From: Eremomyces bilateralis CBS 781.70 | Taxonomy: Eukaryota | Length of the DNA stretch: 64,000 nt | Assembly (NCBI GenBank): GCA_010015585.1 | Contig: ML975152.1 | Strand: one strand, 5' to 3' | Shown here: one piece after another, positions 12,175 through 25,200 of the stretch | Layout of the letters: every line of letters begins with the position of its first letter | Position numbering within the stretch: the first letter of the stretch is position 1 | The notes under the pieces: generated by a model | Told to the model about the DNA's origin: nothing | What the model saw: the letters and a program-made list of their open reading frames with translations, nothing else | Database searches by the model: none | Program-made: the position numbers and the translations under genes

Positions 12175-12535
12175 GTCACATGTGAGAGCCTCCACCCTCC
12201 CGATTCGAAATTGAAGTTGAAGTTCATTGCACGTTCGAACTTCGAATAGAACTGAAATCAGGCATGGCCCGCAAGTGTGGGTGAGTGCATGACGACACGA
12301 TCGCGGGGTTGACTAAGCAGAATCCTCCACCAGTGACCAGTCCACCTCTCCACCGTTGCCCGTCAACTTGAAGTTCAACCCCAGTTCATTTATTGTGTTG
12401 GCAGTTGGACTGAAATCGACTTTAATCACGAACCCAGTTATCTCGAGCCTCGAAGTTGTTTGTATATCACCTACCGCCAATTCTCGGCTAAGACACGAAA
12501 AGAACGCGCCTCTCGTGCATCAACCACCACGCGCA

Positions 12536-13256
12536 ATGGTGAATTACTCTCATACGCATGGGGATAATCTTGCGACAAATGCTAAGTGATCGTAGGCGCC
12601 GAAACGTAAACAGACGACCGCTGTAGCGGGTCCTTCCACGACCCATCGTGCATCCAAGCTCGCAAAGGAGCACAATATTACGGGTCTACAGGAGAGTTCG
12701 ATACGTGAAGCATACTCGCTGTTCGCGATCCAACACCCGAACTTCGCAGAGGAGCGGCAAGGTGTGCTACGTGGTGGGGATGTCCGTCGATGTTTACTGT
12801 AAGCCCTGTCTCAATTGTGGGGGGTGCTGTTCGCATCCCAGGCTAACCATCCTTTCATGTAGAGCGCTGAACCTCCCGTACTCCGCCGACTATCTCTCCG
12901 CTCTCGACCCCGACGCCTCCGGGTTCGTTACCTTCGACGCGTTCTTCGGCCTCGCCGCCCTCTTGTACAACGACAAGGAGAACCCTGATGAGGACGATGA
13001 GGAAGGCAGCGCGGACGACGAGCCAAGTACCGAGGCGCAGGAAGCGTTCCGCCTATTCAACAGAAACACAGGCGGTCCGATCACCCTATCACATCTTCGA
13101 CGAGTGGCGCGGGAGCTGCGCGAAGACGTGGATGAGGCGACGTTGCAGGCCATGCTCGTGGAGGCGAATGGTGAGGCGGAGGAGGGGGGATGGAAGGCTG
13201 GTGTCAGTTTGGAGGAGTTCGATGCGGTGATGAAGAGGGCAGGTGTGTTCGGTTGA
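12536..13256 (+). CDS. Centrin/calmodulin-like EF-hand protein (3 exons; first exon is only the ATG)
   Basis: ATG|GTGAAT..GCTAAG..TAG joins to APKRKQ..SKLAKEHNIT..IREAYSLF. After a second intron come LDPDASGFVTFDAF, EAFRLF..GPITLSHLRRVARELREDV and GVSLEEFDAVMKRAG. Confidence 0.8.
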
Positions 13257-14159
13257 AAGGGATGACGTGCTTCCCATTCTTCCACTCGGCCACGTACTGT
13301 GGACCAACTCATCGCGATATACAATGCCTCGGGGATTGCCTTGCAGTTGAGAGCTGAGATCGCCAGGGCAATGAATCAGCCCCATGATGCCTTAGTGGCC
13401 TGCCGCCGCCTATACGTACCGGCCAATAAAGATATCAGAATCAGCTGGATATCAAAGATATGCTCGGGGTATAGATGTCCAGCTCCCCGCTCCGCATCGA
13501 TCAGCGGCAAATCATCCGAACAACGGGAACCATCCCCAGTCTTGGATTGCAGCATCATATGCTGGGTACTTGGTTCGATTCTAGGCGCAAAGCATGGGAC
13601 ATCCATACACATCTGGGGTCACATTGAGCTTTAGATGAAACCGATCATTGAGCACAACCGACAGCTACTAGAACAGACCGTTTTGAGTAACTTGATCAAG
13701 GTGGGATCTGAGCAATTGATGCCCATGTCCTGGACTATGGTCTATACAGAGCATGATCAATTGCACTCGCTAATTAGTGCGAGAAATAATTCCTTGAAGG
13801 AATGTCATATACAAAAGATGGTTTGGGGGTGGCTCGTTAGGGGGAGAACTTCGAGATTCTGTTGACTTCCGACTCCCGTGGATGGATGGAGCATCCGACG
13901 AGAGATGCAGTGACGTTGGAGCAGTGACATGCTGCCCGCCATTGATTGGTCCATGTCAGATACCCCATCATGGTTGACCAATGACATCGATACATGCTCC
14001 CAGGATTCAATGTGTTTAAATACGTATCGATATTTAATAGTAAACTCAGTCGGATCAGAAGTTCCATTACTTCTATTACCTTCACTCAATTCTGACCAAT
14101 CCTGAGTCAAATCTGCAGTTTGACGTGTTCGAGATACCATCTTGATTCTTACCTACATC

Positions 14160-15299
14160 ATGGACGCTACGAACCTTTACAACCAAGTGCAGAGTCACTA
14201 TGGCTCTCTTGCTACCGGCGGACAAAGCTCCAAGTACGGCCATTCCGTTGCCGTCGCATTTGGGTACTCGGAGGAAGAGTTATCAAACGTTCCTGAAGAT
14301 GCTCAGATGGGCTTGTGCTGTGGCAATGCCATCACCATGGCTGCCCTCAAAGAGGTATGAATAGAGTCACCAATTCGTTCCAGGTCGATGTATTCTGACA
14401 ATCAACTAGGGCGAAACCGTGGTTGATTTTGGTTGCGGAGCAGGGTTTGATGTGTTTCTTGCAGCCAAGCGGGTTGGCCCTACTGGACGGGTGATCGGAG
14501 TGGATAGGAACAAAGTAAGATCCCACAGTTCTCCGCAGGAATCGAACCAGTGACTGATCAACGCCTTCGACGTAGGATATGCTGGCACGAGCACATCGGA
14601 ACAAGGAGACCGCGAAAGCAACCAACGTGGAGTTCGTCGAATCACCCATAGTCAAGATTGACACCGGTTCGTCCGAAGCCGACTGCATCATCAGCAACTG
14701 CGTCGTCAACCTCGTCCCGGAAGAGGAGAAGCAGCTCGTCTTCAATGAGATGCATCGCATCCTGAAGCCAGGAGGAAGGGTTGCGGTGAGCGACATCCTT
14801 GCCAAGAAGGAATTGCCGGAACAGCTGAAGAAAGATATGGCACTCTATGTTGGCTGCATCTCCGGAGCGTCGCAGGTTCAGGATTATGAGAAGTATTTGA
14901 AGACTGCCGGATTCAGTGGTACGTTACAATGAAGACCGATGGCAGGATCAGAGTTGATAGCGCCAGATATCCTCCTCGTGGACAGCAAAAGCGACCTGAA
15001 TGTCTACACCACCACAGGTGAAGACGGCACAGCTGGAAGTGAGCAGCCGAACATACCCTGCTGTGGTCCGGCCAAAGCCGAGACCTCCTGTTGCGCACCA
15101 AAGGCAGATGATGGAGCGGCGTCCTGTGGGATTAAAAAGGAGACGAAAGTTGAAGTCGTCGAGAGCGTAGTGAAGAACGTTGACTTTAACGAATGGGCAG
15201 GTAAGAGAGAAACAATACCCAATTCAACACGATTCAATGAAATGTACTAATGTTTAAAAAGGTTCATTCAAGATATATGCAGTTAAGGGGCAACAATGA
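14160..15299 (+). CDS. arsM: Arsenite S-adenosylmethionine methyltransferase (ArsM/AS3MT); 4 introns
   Basis: [35 protein letters not shown] (SAM motif I), [24 protein letters not shown] and YVGCISGA. The last exon is [12 protein letters not shown]. Confidence 0.9.
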
Positions 15300-16310
15300 T
15301 ATTGATCCAGTACGGGCAGTACTTGCCTTCATGTACATCGTATCTGCAAGTGCAGAATTAGGTAGCCGATTAGTCTGGAAAAATGCAGATTACCGCCTCT
15401 AAAAGGCCTCATCGATGTGGTCCGACTTTCGAGGTCCTCTCCACAGCTGAATCCAAAGTCACGATGTGATATCGGGTGGCTCCGGACGGCTATGGGTGGG
15501 ACGTGGGGTAAACCTGCTAAATTGAGCAAATACATGGGGAAGACATCCGAGACTCAGGTAGCGATCCCCCATGAAAAGCTGGAAAGGAGCCGAGGGGCAT
15601 CGCTAATCACCAGTATTGAGTAAGATTCGCCAATAACAAGTCACCACATGGGGCACCCTGCAGAGAGCCGCAGTGGAAAAGTTGGGACGGCTTAACAGCA
15701 AGCTTTTGCTTTTGACTCCATTAGAGGCCATCCAGCCTTTCAGGCCCAATTCCGATGTCTTGGCGATCAAAGAATAATTTTTCGAATGGACAGCATTAGC
15801 AATTGCAATTTGCAACTGAAGACACCTCGCGTCCTCCTCCCCTTCGTCTCCGCTATTAAGCCACCTGTCTTCCTGACCTGTATATCGCCTTCCTCTAGAC
15901 TCTCTATACCCCGCATGTGCTAATTATCAGAGTATCGGATTACCCTGATTCCCTGTGTTGAACCCGTCGGAGATTACGAATTCACCCATCGTGCATGCTC
16001 CACACCTTCTAAGGGGCAGCTTAGCTCCAGTGTTCGACCGACCTCGCAAAGTCGCAATTCACACCGCCCGTTAACATTATCATATTGCCCATTATCACAT
16101 TACCTATTACCACGTTACCTATTAGCATAACCTCGCATTCGTTTACCTTTGCTCATTGCTGTTTACATTTCAATTGCAACCACAACATCGCCGCGACGAC
16201 GCATCTACCTCAGCCACTCAACATCGCACCTTCCAACTAAAGGCCGCCGAGACTTCTCCCTCACGCATTGAATTACGGCCGACAATAGACAGGAAGACAA
16301 TAACGGCAAG

Positions 16311-18579
16311 ATGGATCAAGCCAAGCTTAAAGAGGAGGTGTCGGAAACGTTGCTCGGCTCAGTGCAGGACCCGCAACTGTCGAAGCAACGTCGCGCGGCC
16401 TTTATGCGCTTCGCGACAACTGACGAGAAGTCCGGCGAGCATTTCCTGGATGAGGACCGGTTTATCGATGCGATTGTGCCTGAAGGCGAGACCTTCGTAC
16501 GTACAATCCCAAATCCACCACCTGGTTAGACTTATCACTAACTTCAACCACCACAGCACAAAATCTCACGCGCGCAATATGGCATCTTATTCAAGATCGC
16601 TGACCGCCAGGGTACCGGAAGGGTATCCATCCAAGACTTCACATCCTTCGACTCCATCGTCGCAAAATCCGATGCCGAATATGAGATTGCTTTTCGGCTC
16701 TTTGATGTTGAGGGTCGCGGTGCCGTCCGCTTCGAAGACTTCCAGCGTCTCTATAATCTCAACAAGGGTACTGATAGCTTGCCGTTCGACTGGAGCTCTG
16801 AATGGGCGTCGCTATACATCGGCCGCAAAGGAAAGCGTCACGACATGACCTATCCTCAATTCTCCCAGATGCTGCGAGGCCTTCAGGGAGAGCGGGTTAG
16901 ACAAGCGTTCATTTACTTCGACAAGAACGGGGACGGCTACATTGAGCCCGAAGACTTCCAGCGCATCATCATCGAGACTTCGCGACACAAGCTTTCCGAC
17001 CATATCCTCGATAACCTCCAAACCCTATGCAACATCTCTACCGAAAGCAAGATCTCTTACGCCAACGTCCGCGCGTTCCTGAACGTAATCAAGGAGATGG
17101 ATCTGGTGGAGCACATCATTCGAAATGCCACCATCAAAAGCAAGGATTCGAAAATCACCCGAACCGATTTCCTCAACGAGGCGGCGCGCATCACACGTTT
17201 TACACTGTTCACCCCGATGGAGGCAGACATCCTGTTCCATTTTGCCGGCATGGACGAGACATCGGGCCGCCTGGGCCGCAAAGACTTCGCTAAGGTCGTC
17301 GACTCGACATGGCAGCATCCCGCCACCCTATCCAGCGACGCCGAGGAGGCCGTCGCCAAGACCCTGTCTAAGTCGAAGGGACTTGTGCAGGGACTCCTGG
17401 AGTCGGCCCACCACTTCGCCCTAGGCAGTTTGGCTGGCGCTTTCGGCGCCTTCATGGTGTATCCGATTGATCTGGTCAAAACCCGCATGCAGAACCAGCG
17501 AGGCCAGCGGGTGGGCCAGGCATTGTACAAGAACTCGCTGGACTGCGCGCGGAAGGTCATCGCGAACGAGGGAGTGAGGGGGCTGTATTCGGGGGTGCTT
17601 CCGCAGCTGGTGGGCGTCGCGCCGGAGAAGGCCATCAAGCTGACGGTCAACGATCTGGTCCGAGGCCATTTCGGCAACAAGAAGACCGGGGAGATCTGGT
17701 GGGGATGGGAAGTGCTTGCTGGTGGGTCCGCCGGTGGTTGCCAAGTGGTAAGTAAATGGAGTCGACGGTCATAACTGAAGTCCGGATGCTGAAACATGCT
17801 TGCCAGATCTTCACCAACCCGCTGGAGATCGTTAAGATCCGACTGCAAGTGCAGGGCGAGGTCTCCAAGACGACCGCCGCGGCTCCGAAGCGGTCCGCGG
17901 TATGGATTGCGAAAAACCTGGGTCTGCTTGGCCTTTACAAGGGCTCGAGTGCCTGTTTGCTTCGTGATGGTATGTACGGGCCGGATCGGGTGTGGAATTG
18001 CTCGCTAATGTTTCTTCTTTAGTCCCGTTCTCGATGATTTACTTCCCGACGTACGCACATCTCAAGAAGGACTTCTTCGGGGAGTCTCCAGAAAAGAAAC
18101 TCGGTGTCCTCCAGCTTCTCACCGCCGGTGCGATGGCTGGCATGCCGGCAGCATACCTCACGACGCCCGCGGACGTGATCAAGACCCGTCTCCAGGTCGA
18201 AGCTCGGAAGGGAGAGCAGACGTATAAAAACATCCGAGATTGTGCGTCCAAGATTATGAAAGAGGAGGGATTCCGCGCCTTCTTCAAGGGCGGTCCGGCA
18301 CGAATCATGCGGTCATCTCCTCAGTTCGGCTTCACGCTCGCGTCGTATGAGGTGTTGCAAGGGCTCTTGCCAATGCCCGGCAGCGGGGATCTTCCATTGG
18401 CGCCCGGCCACATCGGGCCCGGGGGCGTGAGAATATCGCAGAGCACCGAACCATTGCCATACCTACGAAGTCGGAACGCTTTGAAGATCATCCTGGACTT
18501 GGATAAGGATATCGGAAAGCCGAAGTTGCCGCATGGAGAGGGATGGATTGGACTGCCTGGATTCCGCAAGTCTTCTTAA
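16311..18579 (+). CDS. AGC1: Mitochondrial aspartate/glutamate carrier with N-terminal EF-hands (Aralar/citrin-like); 3 introns
   Basis: EF-hand [13 protein letters not shown]. Carrier signatures [22 protein letters not shown] and [11 protein letters not shown], plus [10 protein letters not shown] and [10 protein letters not shown]. Confidence 0.95.
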
Positions 18580-20898
18580 ATGATAGGAGGTACGAGTATC
18601 TTGGTGGTCGCAGCGGCCCTGACTTGTGTCACGGATACACGGCGATACGTGGTCTTGCGCATCGCGACTTGCATTCAAGGAGTTTCATGGGCTTTGATTT
18701 GGAAGCATACACCGTAGCGGCTATGCGATGCTTTCTAGAGCCGGTTTTGCTTTGCGCTTGTCTTACTGTTTTCCTTGATCCCATCGATCTCCCCTTTGAG
18801 CGATGAGGAAGATTATCACGTTTCGAGGAACTTAGACCATACACGCATTACATGGCGGAGTGGGCACCAGAATGGATACCTACTAGCTTCCTTTGATCGC
18901 TTAGATACTTTTTTTCTCGTTCTGTCATTCAACCTGAGCACGTTGACCGCGGACGTCGAAATGTTGGAGTTATAGAACTGATGTACTAAAAGCCCTGGAG
19001 ATAGAATTGTCTTGGTTTTTCCATATATATAGTTCACATTGGACAAAGGGTGTATAAGTTAAAGAGGATTTCGAGCCCGAACTTTGAACTGTCCCCGACT
19101 AAACCGATGGATGTTCAGTTGGGATCCGGTCAAGACAACACCACGCTCAGCTGCATAACCCGAAGGGACCGATGAAGCACTCTCTACAACCACCAAATCC
19201 ATTTCACGACCTACCTTACTCTTCATATAGAACTGAGTTTGGAATTTTTACATCTGCCCACTATAATCCTTTTCTCTTCTCTAGAAGACCGAGCAAGTAC
19301 CGTACTCAATTCCCGCCCACGAAACGAGTGGCACGAGATTTCCGTGATCATTCTTGCCCACATCTTTAACCACGGGTCCTATCTTTGTAGTCCAAATTCA
19401 GCAAATGCTACTGAGAACAGGGTCTCTGCCAGCGAGTTCCCGTTCTCCAGATCAACAAATGATACCTTGAGATGGCTTTCAACACCCCATAGCCAGTTCT
19501 CCCCTCCCGGAGGCCTCTCCGCACTCGTATCCAAATCACCCAAGTCACTCCAGGCTCCAAGACACCTCCTGAAAAGCAGACGCATCTTTAGCGCCCCTGT
19601 ACGCCCGCCCATCCAACATTGGTCGACTCGAGGAGGCTGAGAGGCTCCCCCATCGGACCAATGAGCAGTCCGAGGGCCCCAAACGGCGAAGCTCCACTGC
19701 ATGCGTATTTCGGAATCGGCTGGATGGTCATCCAGGACCGCGCTCCCAAATTCGAAGTGGATGGTTGCTGGCCGCCGGTGATTGGTCAGCCGCCGGTCCA
19801 TCGCGTTCGGAAGCTGAGCTCCAGAACCTCACCGACCTTCCCCCCCATTTCGAACCCTGGAGCTTGCTGGTTGTTGCGGCGTGGGAGGGGAGGTGGTTGA
19901 ACCGCTGAAGAGCGAAGGCGAGACGTGGAGCTTCATTACATCTGAATTGAGTGCGGCACACAGCCTCAATGCAGGGCGGGTGATGCCGCTTGACGTCCAC
20001 CCACCTTGGGATATCGTTGTGTTTGGTCAATATAGGTACCTAGGTGCGTATGGAGTGTTGAAGGCGAGATCGATGGCGAAAGATGTCGTCCCTCCATACG
20101 TGTCAGTGCATATTCCGTCCTTACCGGAATACCGGTACTTACGGCAACGACGATAAGCACATCCATTCCGCGCTACAATCGGATTACGAGCGGCGTCGGT
20201 TGCCATCATTCGCTCCGTGTAGCGGACATTCTGAGAAACTCCACGAGGCCTCCATCACCGGCGAGATGAGCTGTCAGCGCAGCCATTAGCAATGCTACGT
20301 TATCGGCAATGACCCCGTGGTTTTAAGGCCCTCCAACCTAAGTGGAAGCAGGATCCTGCTAAGATGGGGGGAATCAAAGTTGAGCAGGATACAGCGCATG
20401 GCTAGGATTTAGGACTAATTATTTGTATTTTTGACCCCCGCTTTGCGGCTCTCTCGCCGCTGACCAAGGCAAAGCTGTAAAGTGAAACCATAGGATGCGA
20501 ATGTCGAACGGCATGCGCCTGGCGCACGGGGAGTTATTGAACCAGACAGTGACGAGACCCCTTGCACGGAAAGCTTGAGGCTCGAGTCTCAAGTCTCTCG
20601 ACATCTGAAAGGCAAAAAGGGGTCCCCCTCAAGGTCAGATCCTCAACTCACCGGCGTCTCGGACAAACCGAATCGTCGCTTCACACTACGTCTCCCTCAC
20701 CGTACAGAACTTCTGTCGAACCATACATGCTAGACGTATCTGCTCGTGCTGTTGAGCACTGAAAGTTCCCGAGTGTGATACGGAACACCACGCAATTGAA
20801 CACTTGTGGAGCAGATCGAGTCCAAGCTCCGTCAGCTCACCCTCGCCCAAGGCTCAACCAAAGTCGAGTCCAGAAAGCTTCCAATTCGGTTCTTCCAG

Positions 20899-20940
20899 GG
20901 TTCGAGGTTCGAGGCTCGAGGCTCGAGGCTCGAGACTCGA
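20899..20940. repeat. Tandem 7-bp repeat, six units (GGTTCGA x2, GGCTCGA x3, GACTCGA)
   Basis: Read directly from the sequence. Confidence 0.9.
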
Positions 20941-22289
20941 GCAAGTTCTCGCACCACCACCGACTGTCTGCTGACGCCTGAGTCCTGATTTCTGACACCC
21001 CGTCCTTTAAGACTCCTATTAAGGCCATTATTCACCACCCTGTAGTTATCCATCCTCCAGGAATCCGAGTCTCCTAAATCCTACCTAACTTACAGGCTTC
21101 CCTTGACCTTGTCCGTTTCCCCGCTGTGTCTCCATACGGTAGTCTCGTTTCCCCCGCCGACTATTGTTCTTATTATTACTACGCCTCTCAAATAGGAATC
21201 CCGACTAGCAAAGTAGCACGAGTACAGCAATCCCGTTGTTGCGTGCGGCTCTTAATCCCCTCTCAGTCGATCTCTTGACCTTCTCCTCTCGATTTGATAA
21301 CCCGATCATCGATCATCGATCGCTCGCCAACCATTCTTTCCTCTTCCAACCACTTCCTCCACCGTGTCAGCGTCAACTAAACGCTGCAGCGGAGCTGCGA
21401 AAACAATCGCCTTCTCTCGGCGCATGTGCTCTGCCTGGTCTTAACTCGAACAGTCGGACGACCGCGGCTCGAAGGTTGATCACGCTGCGCGGTTAATATC
21501 GAGATTCAATTATTTGTTACCGTGGCCGACCTTCTTCCCGGCCATTTTAGCTTAGGACTGTTTGTGTTCGACAAAGGTCTCGGGCTGATATTCATTGGCA
21601 CCGGCCCTTTCCCAGGTGTTCTGTGTCACATCAGGTACGTAGCTTTGGTATCGGGAAATTTCCGAGACCCGAACCGTCGGATTTCCCATTCTGTTGCGGT
21701 CTTTTGCGATCTCTTGTCCGGCGTCAGCTCGATCGCGTATTTCGTTTTATCATTCATGGGGTTCGAGAACAGTTGATCGGCGAGCGGGATGGTGGAGTAA
21801 CACGATAATTTTAGGTCAAGGGTTCGGGTGCAAGCAGTCAAGCGCGAGTGGACTTCGTCGTCAGACTCCGCGGCGCAGCCTCACTGCTGTGGATGACAAT
21901 GCGATGGAAACGGCTATTCTTACTTCGGGTTTACGTTTCATTTTAGCATTGACAAATATTTCCGTTGCGAGTCAATTCAGCCATCTCCGTTCTTAGTTCT
22001 TACACAGGATTCCCGATTCTTAGCGTATCCTGTTGAATGTCATCCTTTTTAATTGAGCATTATCCTGTCGTCTCGTTGCTACCAGTATCCTCACCTATTC
22101 TGCCCACATGCTGACGGAGAATTCGATAACAGTTCCAGTGCATATCGGAATATGACGGAATGATTCCGCGTGACCAGGATCGGTGCATGCACTGTGTAGA
22201 TGAAGCTTACCAGTTCTCGAGCGTCACAGACCCGCTATACCAGTCGCGACTTGTAGCCTGGCCAGGGCTTTGTAGCCCTCGACTATCGA

Positions 22290-24301
22290 ATGACACTCAA
22301 TTACGATTCGGACGACGCCCTAAATCTTTCTCCAGGTCTCACGCCGTACAAACCAAGATCCACCCCATCACCCTCTCCCGAGCCGCTGTATCCCAAGCAA
22401 AGATACTCCCCGGATACCAGTCCGAGGACGGGGCGACCACGCAAGAAGAAGGTCCAACCTAGCCTAGGAGACGTCGTGCTCCTCACTTCCCTAGAGCCGA
22501 ATCGGCCGGATATCGCGCAACGGGCCGGAGAAGCGACGATCATCGACTCGGACGGAGAGGCGAGCGACGCCGGGAATGCAATGGAAGTAGATGATGCATG
22601 CAAACCCCAACTTAATTCCAACGACAATGACCGATCATCCGGACTCAAGATGACCGCTGAAAGAGCTCTAGCGATGGATCCAGCTACGAAGGCCCAGCCG
22701 ATCACCAGTCCACAACGTATGCCTGCGCCCTTACGACCTCATCCTCTAAACATTCGGACTGGACTCGACGCTACGAATCATCGAACCGATGGCACGAAAC
22801 CAGCACTCAGATCGCCTCTCGAACTTCCATACGCCTCCTCGAGCAGAAATATGTCCTCAACCGAGGCTCACTCGACTGCTGCAACCGCTCCACATCACCT
22901 ACCGCTACACCCTGCGATGTCCATCCGATCCGGAGGTTGTTCGTTCTCCGGTGAACCACTCAGCAACCTCCAAATCCCCGACAGAGAAGGTCGATCCAGT
23001 CAAAAACTACCTGCGCTGCAGAGTCCACACAGTCCAGTTGACACACCAGGGTCTCCAAAGAAAGTCGTCTTACCTGGCATGGACGAGATGCTCAAAGTAG
23101 CCGACGTCGGTAACGTTTCCCATCAAGAAAATGGGTTTCCCACGCCCCTCAATGGGTATGCTCCCACCCAACGCCATTCCATATCTTCTCCGAGTGCAGC
23201 TATGTCCCCAACATCATCCAGTCAGCCCTATTCGAACGGCTCCACCGTTCATCGCCGTTCGTCCGCTTCTCAATATCCCCCTTATAATCATGTGTCTCCC
23301 ATCAGCTCGCAGAGCGAGGCCGGCACTTCACCCTACGACCCATATGTGAAATCGCCCCACGTTCTTTCCACGCCGTCAGGCATCCCTCTCGACTCACAAT
23401 TCTTCGCTCGACGCACGTCTCAAGTATCCGAGAACGAACGCTCTTACTCCCACAGTCTTCCATCCGCCTCCAGCGCTAGCGCCGATACCTGTGGGAGCAG
23501 CGAAACATATAGTCCCACCGCGAAAGTCGATGTGAGGGAGCGGGATCGGAATCGGATGAGCATTGATGGAGCGACGTTAGCAGGGACACCTTCATCCATG
23601 ACGTTAGCGGGGACTCCAGGATCCGTAACGACAGGAACACCGGGATCGGGAGGCGGCACCACGCTTCCGAGCATAGCGCAGGCCATGCCTTCGATCCAAC
23701 ATATTCAAACAGTGCCCCCCCACGGGACGGGGTCGTTTCAATGCGACTATCTCGGCTGCAATGCGGCCCCGTTTCAGACGCAGTACCTACTCAACTCCCA
23801 CGCCAACGTCCACTCGCAGAATCGCCCCCACTTCTGCCCTGTGCCTGGATGTGCACGGGGCGAGGGTGGGAAGGGGTTCAAGCGTAAGAACGAGATGATT
23901 CGGCATGGACTCGTCCACGATTCACCCGGATATGTTTGCCCATTCTGTCCAGATCAGGAACATAAATATCCAAGGCCGGATAACCTTCAACGGTACGAGC
24001 CCCTTCTTCTGCTGCCTCTCTGCTGATATGCTGCGTGACCCTTAAACGTGCAACCATTGAATTGGGGGCTAATGAATAGCAGGCACGTGCGAGTACACCA
24101 CAGCGAGAGAAACAAAGATGATCCAGCGTTGAGGGAGGTGCTTCTACAGCGACCGGAGGGAGGTCCCCGAGGCCGGCGAAGGCGAACGGGCGGGTAAGTA
24201 CCGCATTCATACGCCAAACTTGTTCTGTATCGCCGCAACCGAGTCCTAGTCGCTAACAACATCCTCGGAATAACAGCTCGCAAGAACAAGAGGGTCCTTG
24301 A
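22290..24301 (+). CDS. nsdC: C2H2 zinc-finger transcription factor, NsdC-type developmental regulator
   Basis: FQCDYLGCNAAPFQTQYLLNSHANVH, HFCPVPGC..GKGFKRKNEMIRHGLVH and YVCPFCPDQEHKYPRPDNLQRHVRVHH, as I recall them from Aspergillus NsdC. Intron 23993-24082. The CDS ends at 24197, or at 24301 if intron 24194-24276 is spliced. Confidence 0.75.
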
Positions 24302-25200
24302 ACCGCTCTGAGCAAATCGATTCATCGGTGGCCGTCTTCATGATAATGGAAATCTGTGGCCCTCAAATTCTATGCCTAGTCTTCGAAACAACATTAAGGC
24401 ATCGGTATCATTTCAGAGCTGGTTGCTCATCATGATCTTCCATGCCTTGCGGTTCAAAACGCCGGTCGAAAGCCTGGGGCCATTAGGTACCGCCCTCCGG
24501 GCCATCGTCTGTCGAACGTCTGGATCCGATTCATCGCCCAAGGTTCATGGCAGACCGCCTAGTCATAACCCCACTCCTTTTCCCTTTCCTTTGTCCACAT
24601 CGTTTTTCATTGCATTTAATTCATAACGGATTCACGCCGGAGGGTGGCATTCGGTGTTCTGCGGCGTTCAGAGATGGAGAAGGGCCTATCAGCGCGGGAA
24701 TGGGAACGGAAATGAAAAGTTAGGTAGGGATGCGCATCGGTAGGGTCGAGCACAAGGCGTCCTTCGTAGAGATCGGGCCGGGCTGGGACGGTGGTAAGGC
24801 TCAGTCGAAGGGATCTCACGATTAGGGGCCGGGAAGCCCTACAGGGACGGAGTTTCAAGGACGTGGTTATGGGTTATTATTGAACTTTGATCTGGAGTAG
24901 AACGGCGAGTGACGCAGTCTATCGGAACCCGGCGAGGTCCTTGCGAGTGCCTGTGATCTCGGACAGCGTCTGCTTGTATAGAGTTAGTTACGATTACGAT
25001 TTTCAACTGTTCCGCTGGACATGATGGCTCGTGGCACCCGAGTTTCGTTACGATATGCTTCTTCGGTTCGGCCTTAATGCCAGCTATGGTTACACTACGC
25101 TACGTGCCAAATATATCCCCTGACTTGCGCCAACGCCAATCCAGATCTATCGATTGGTGCCTCCAAAAACGTACGGGTTTGGTTGGGATGTATTGTGGCA

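Noticed and set aside
13530..13592. tRNA-Met-like fragment (CAGC-ATCATAT-GCTG followed by GGTTCGATT)
   Set aside because: There is no acceptor stem or D-arm and the T-stem is weak, so it is probably chance.
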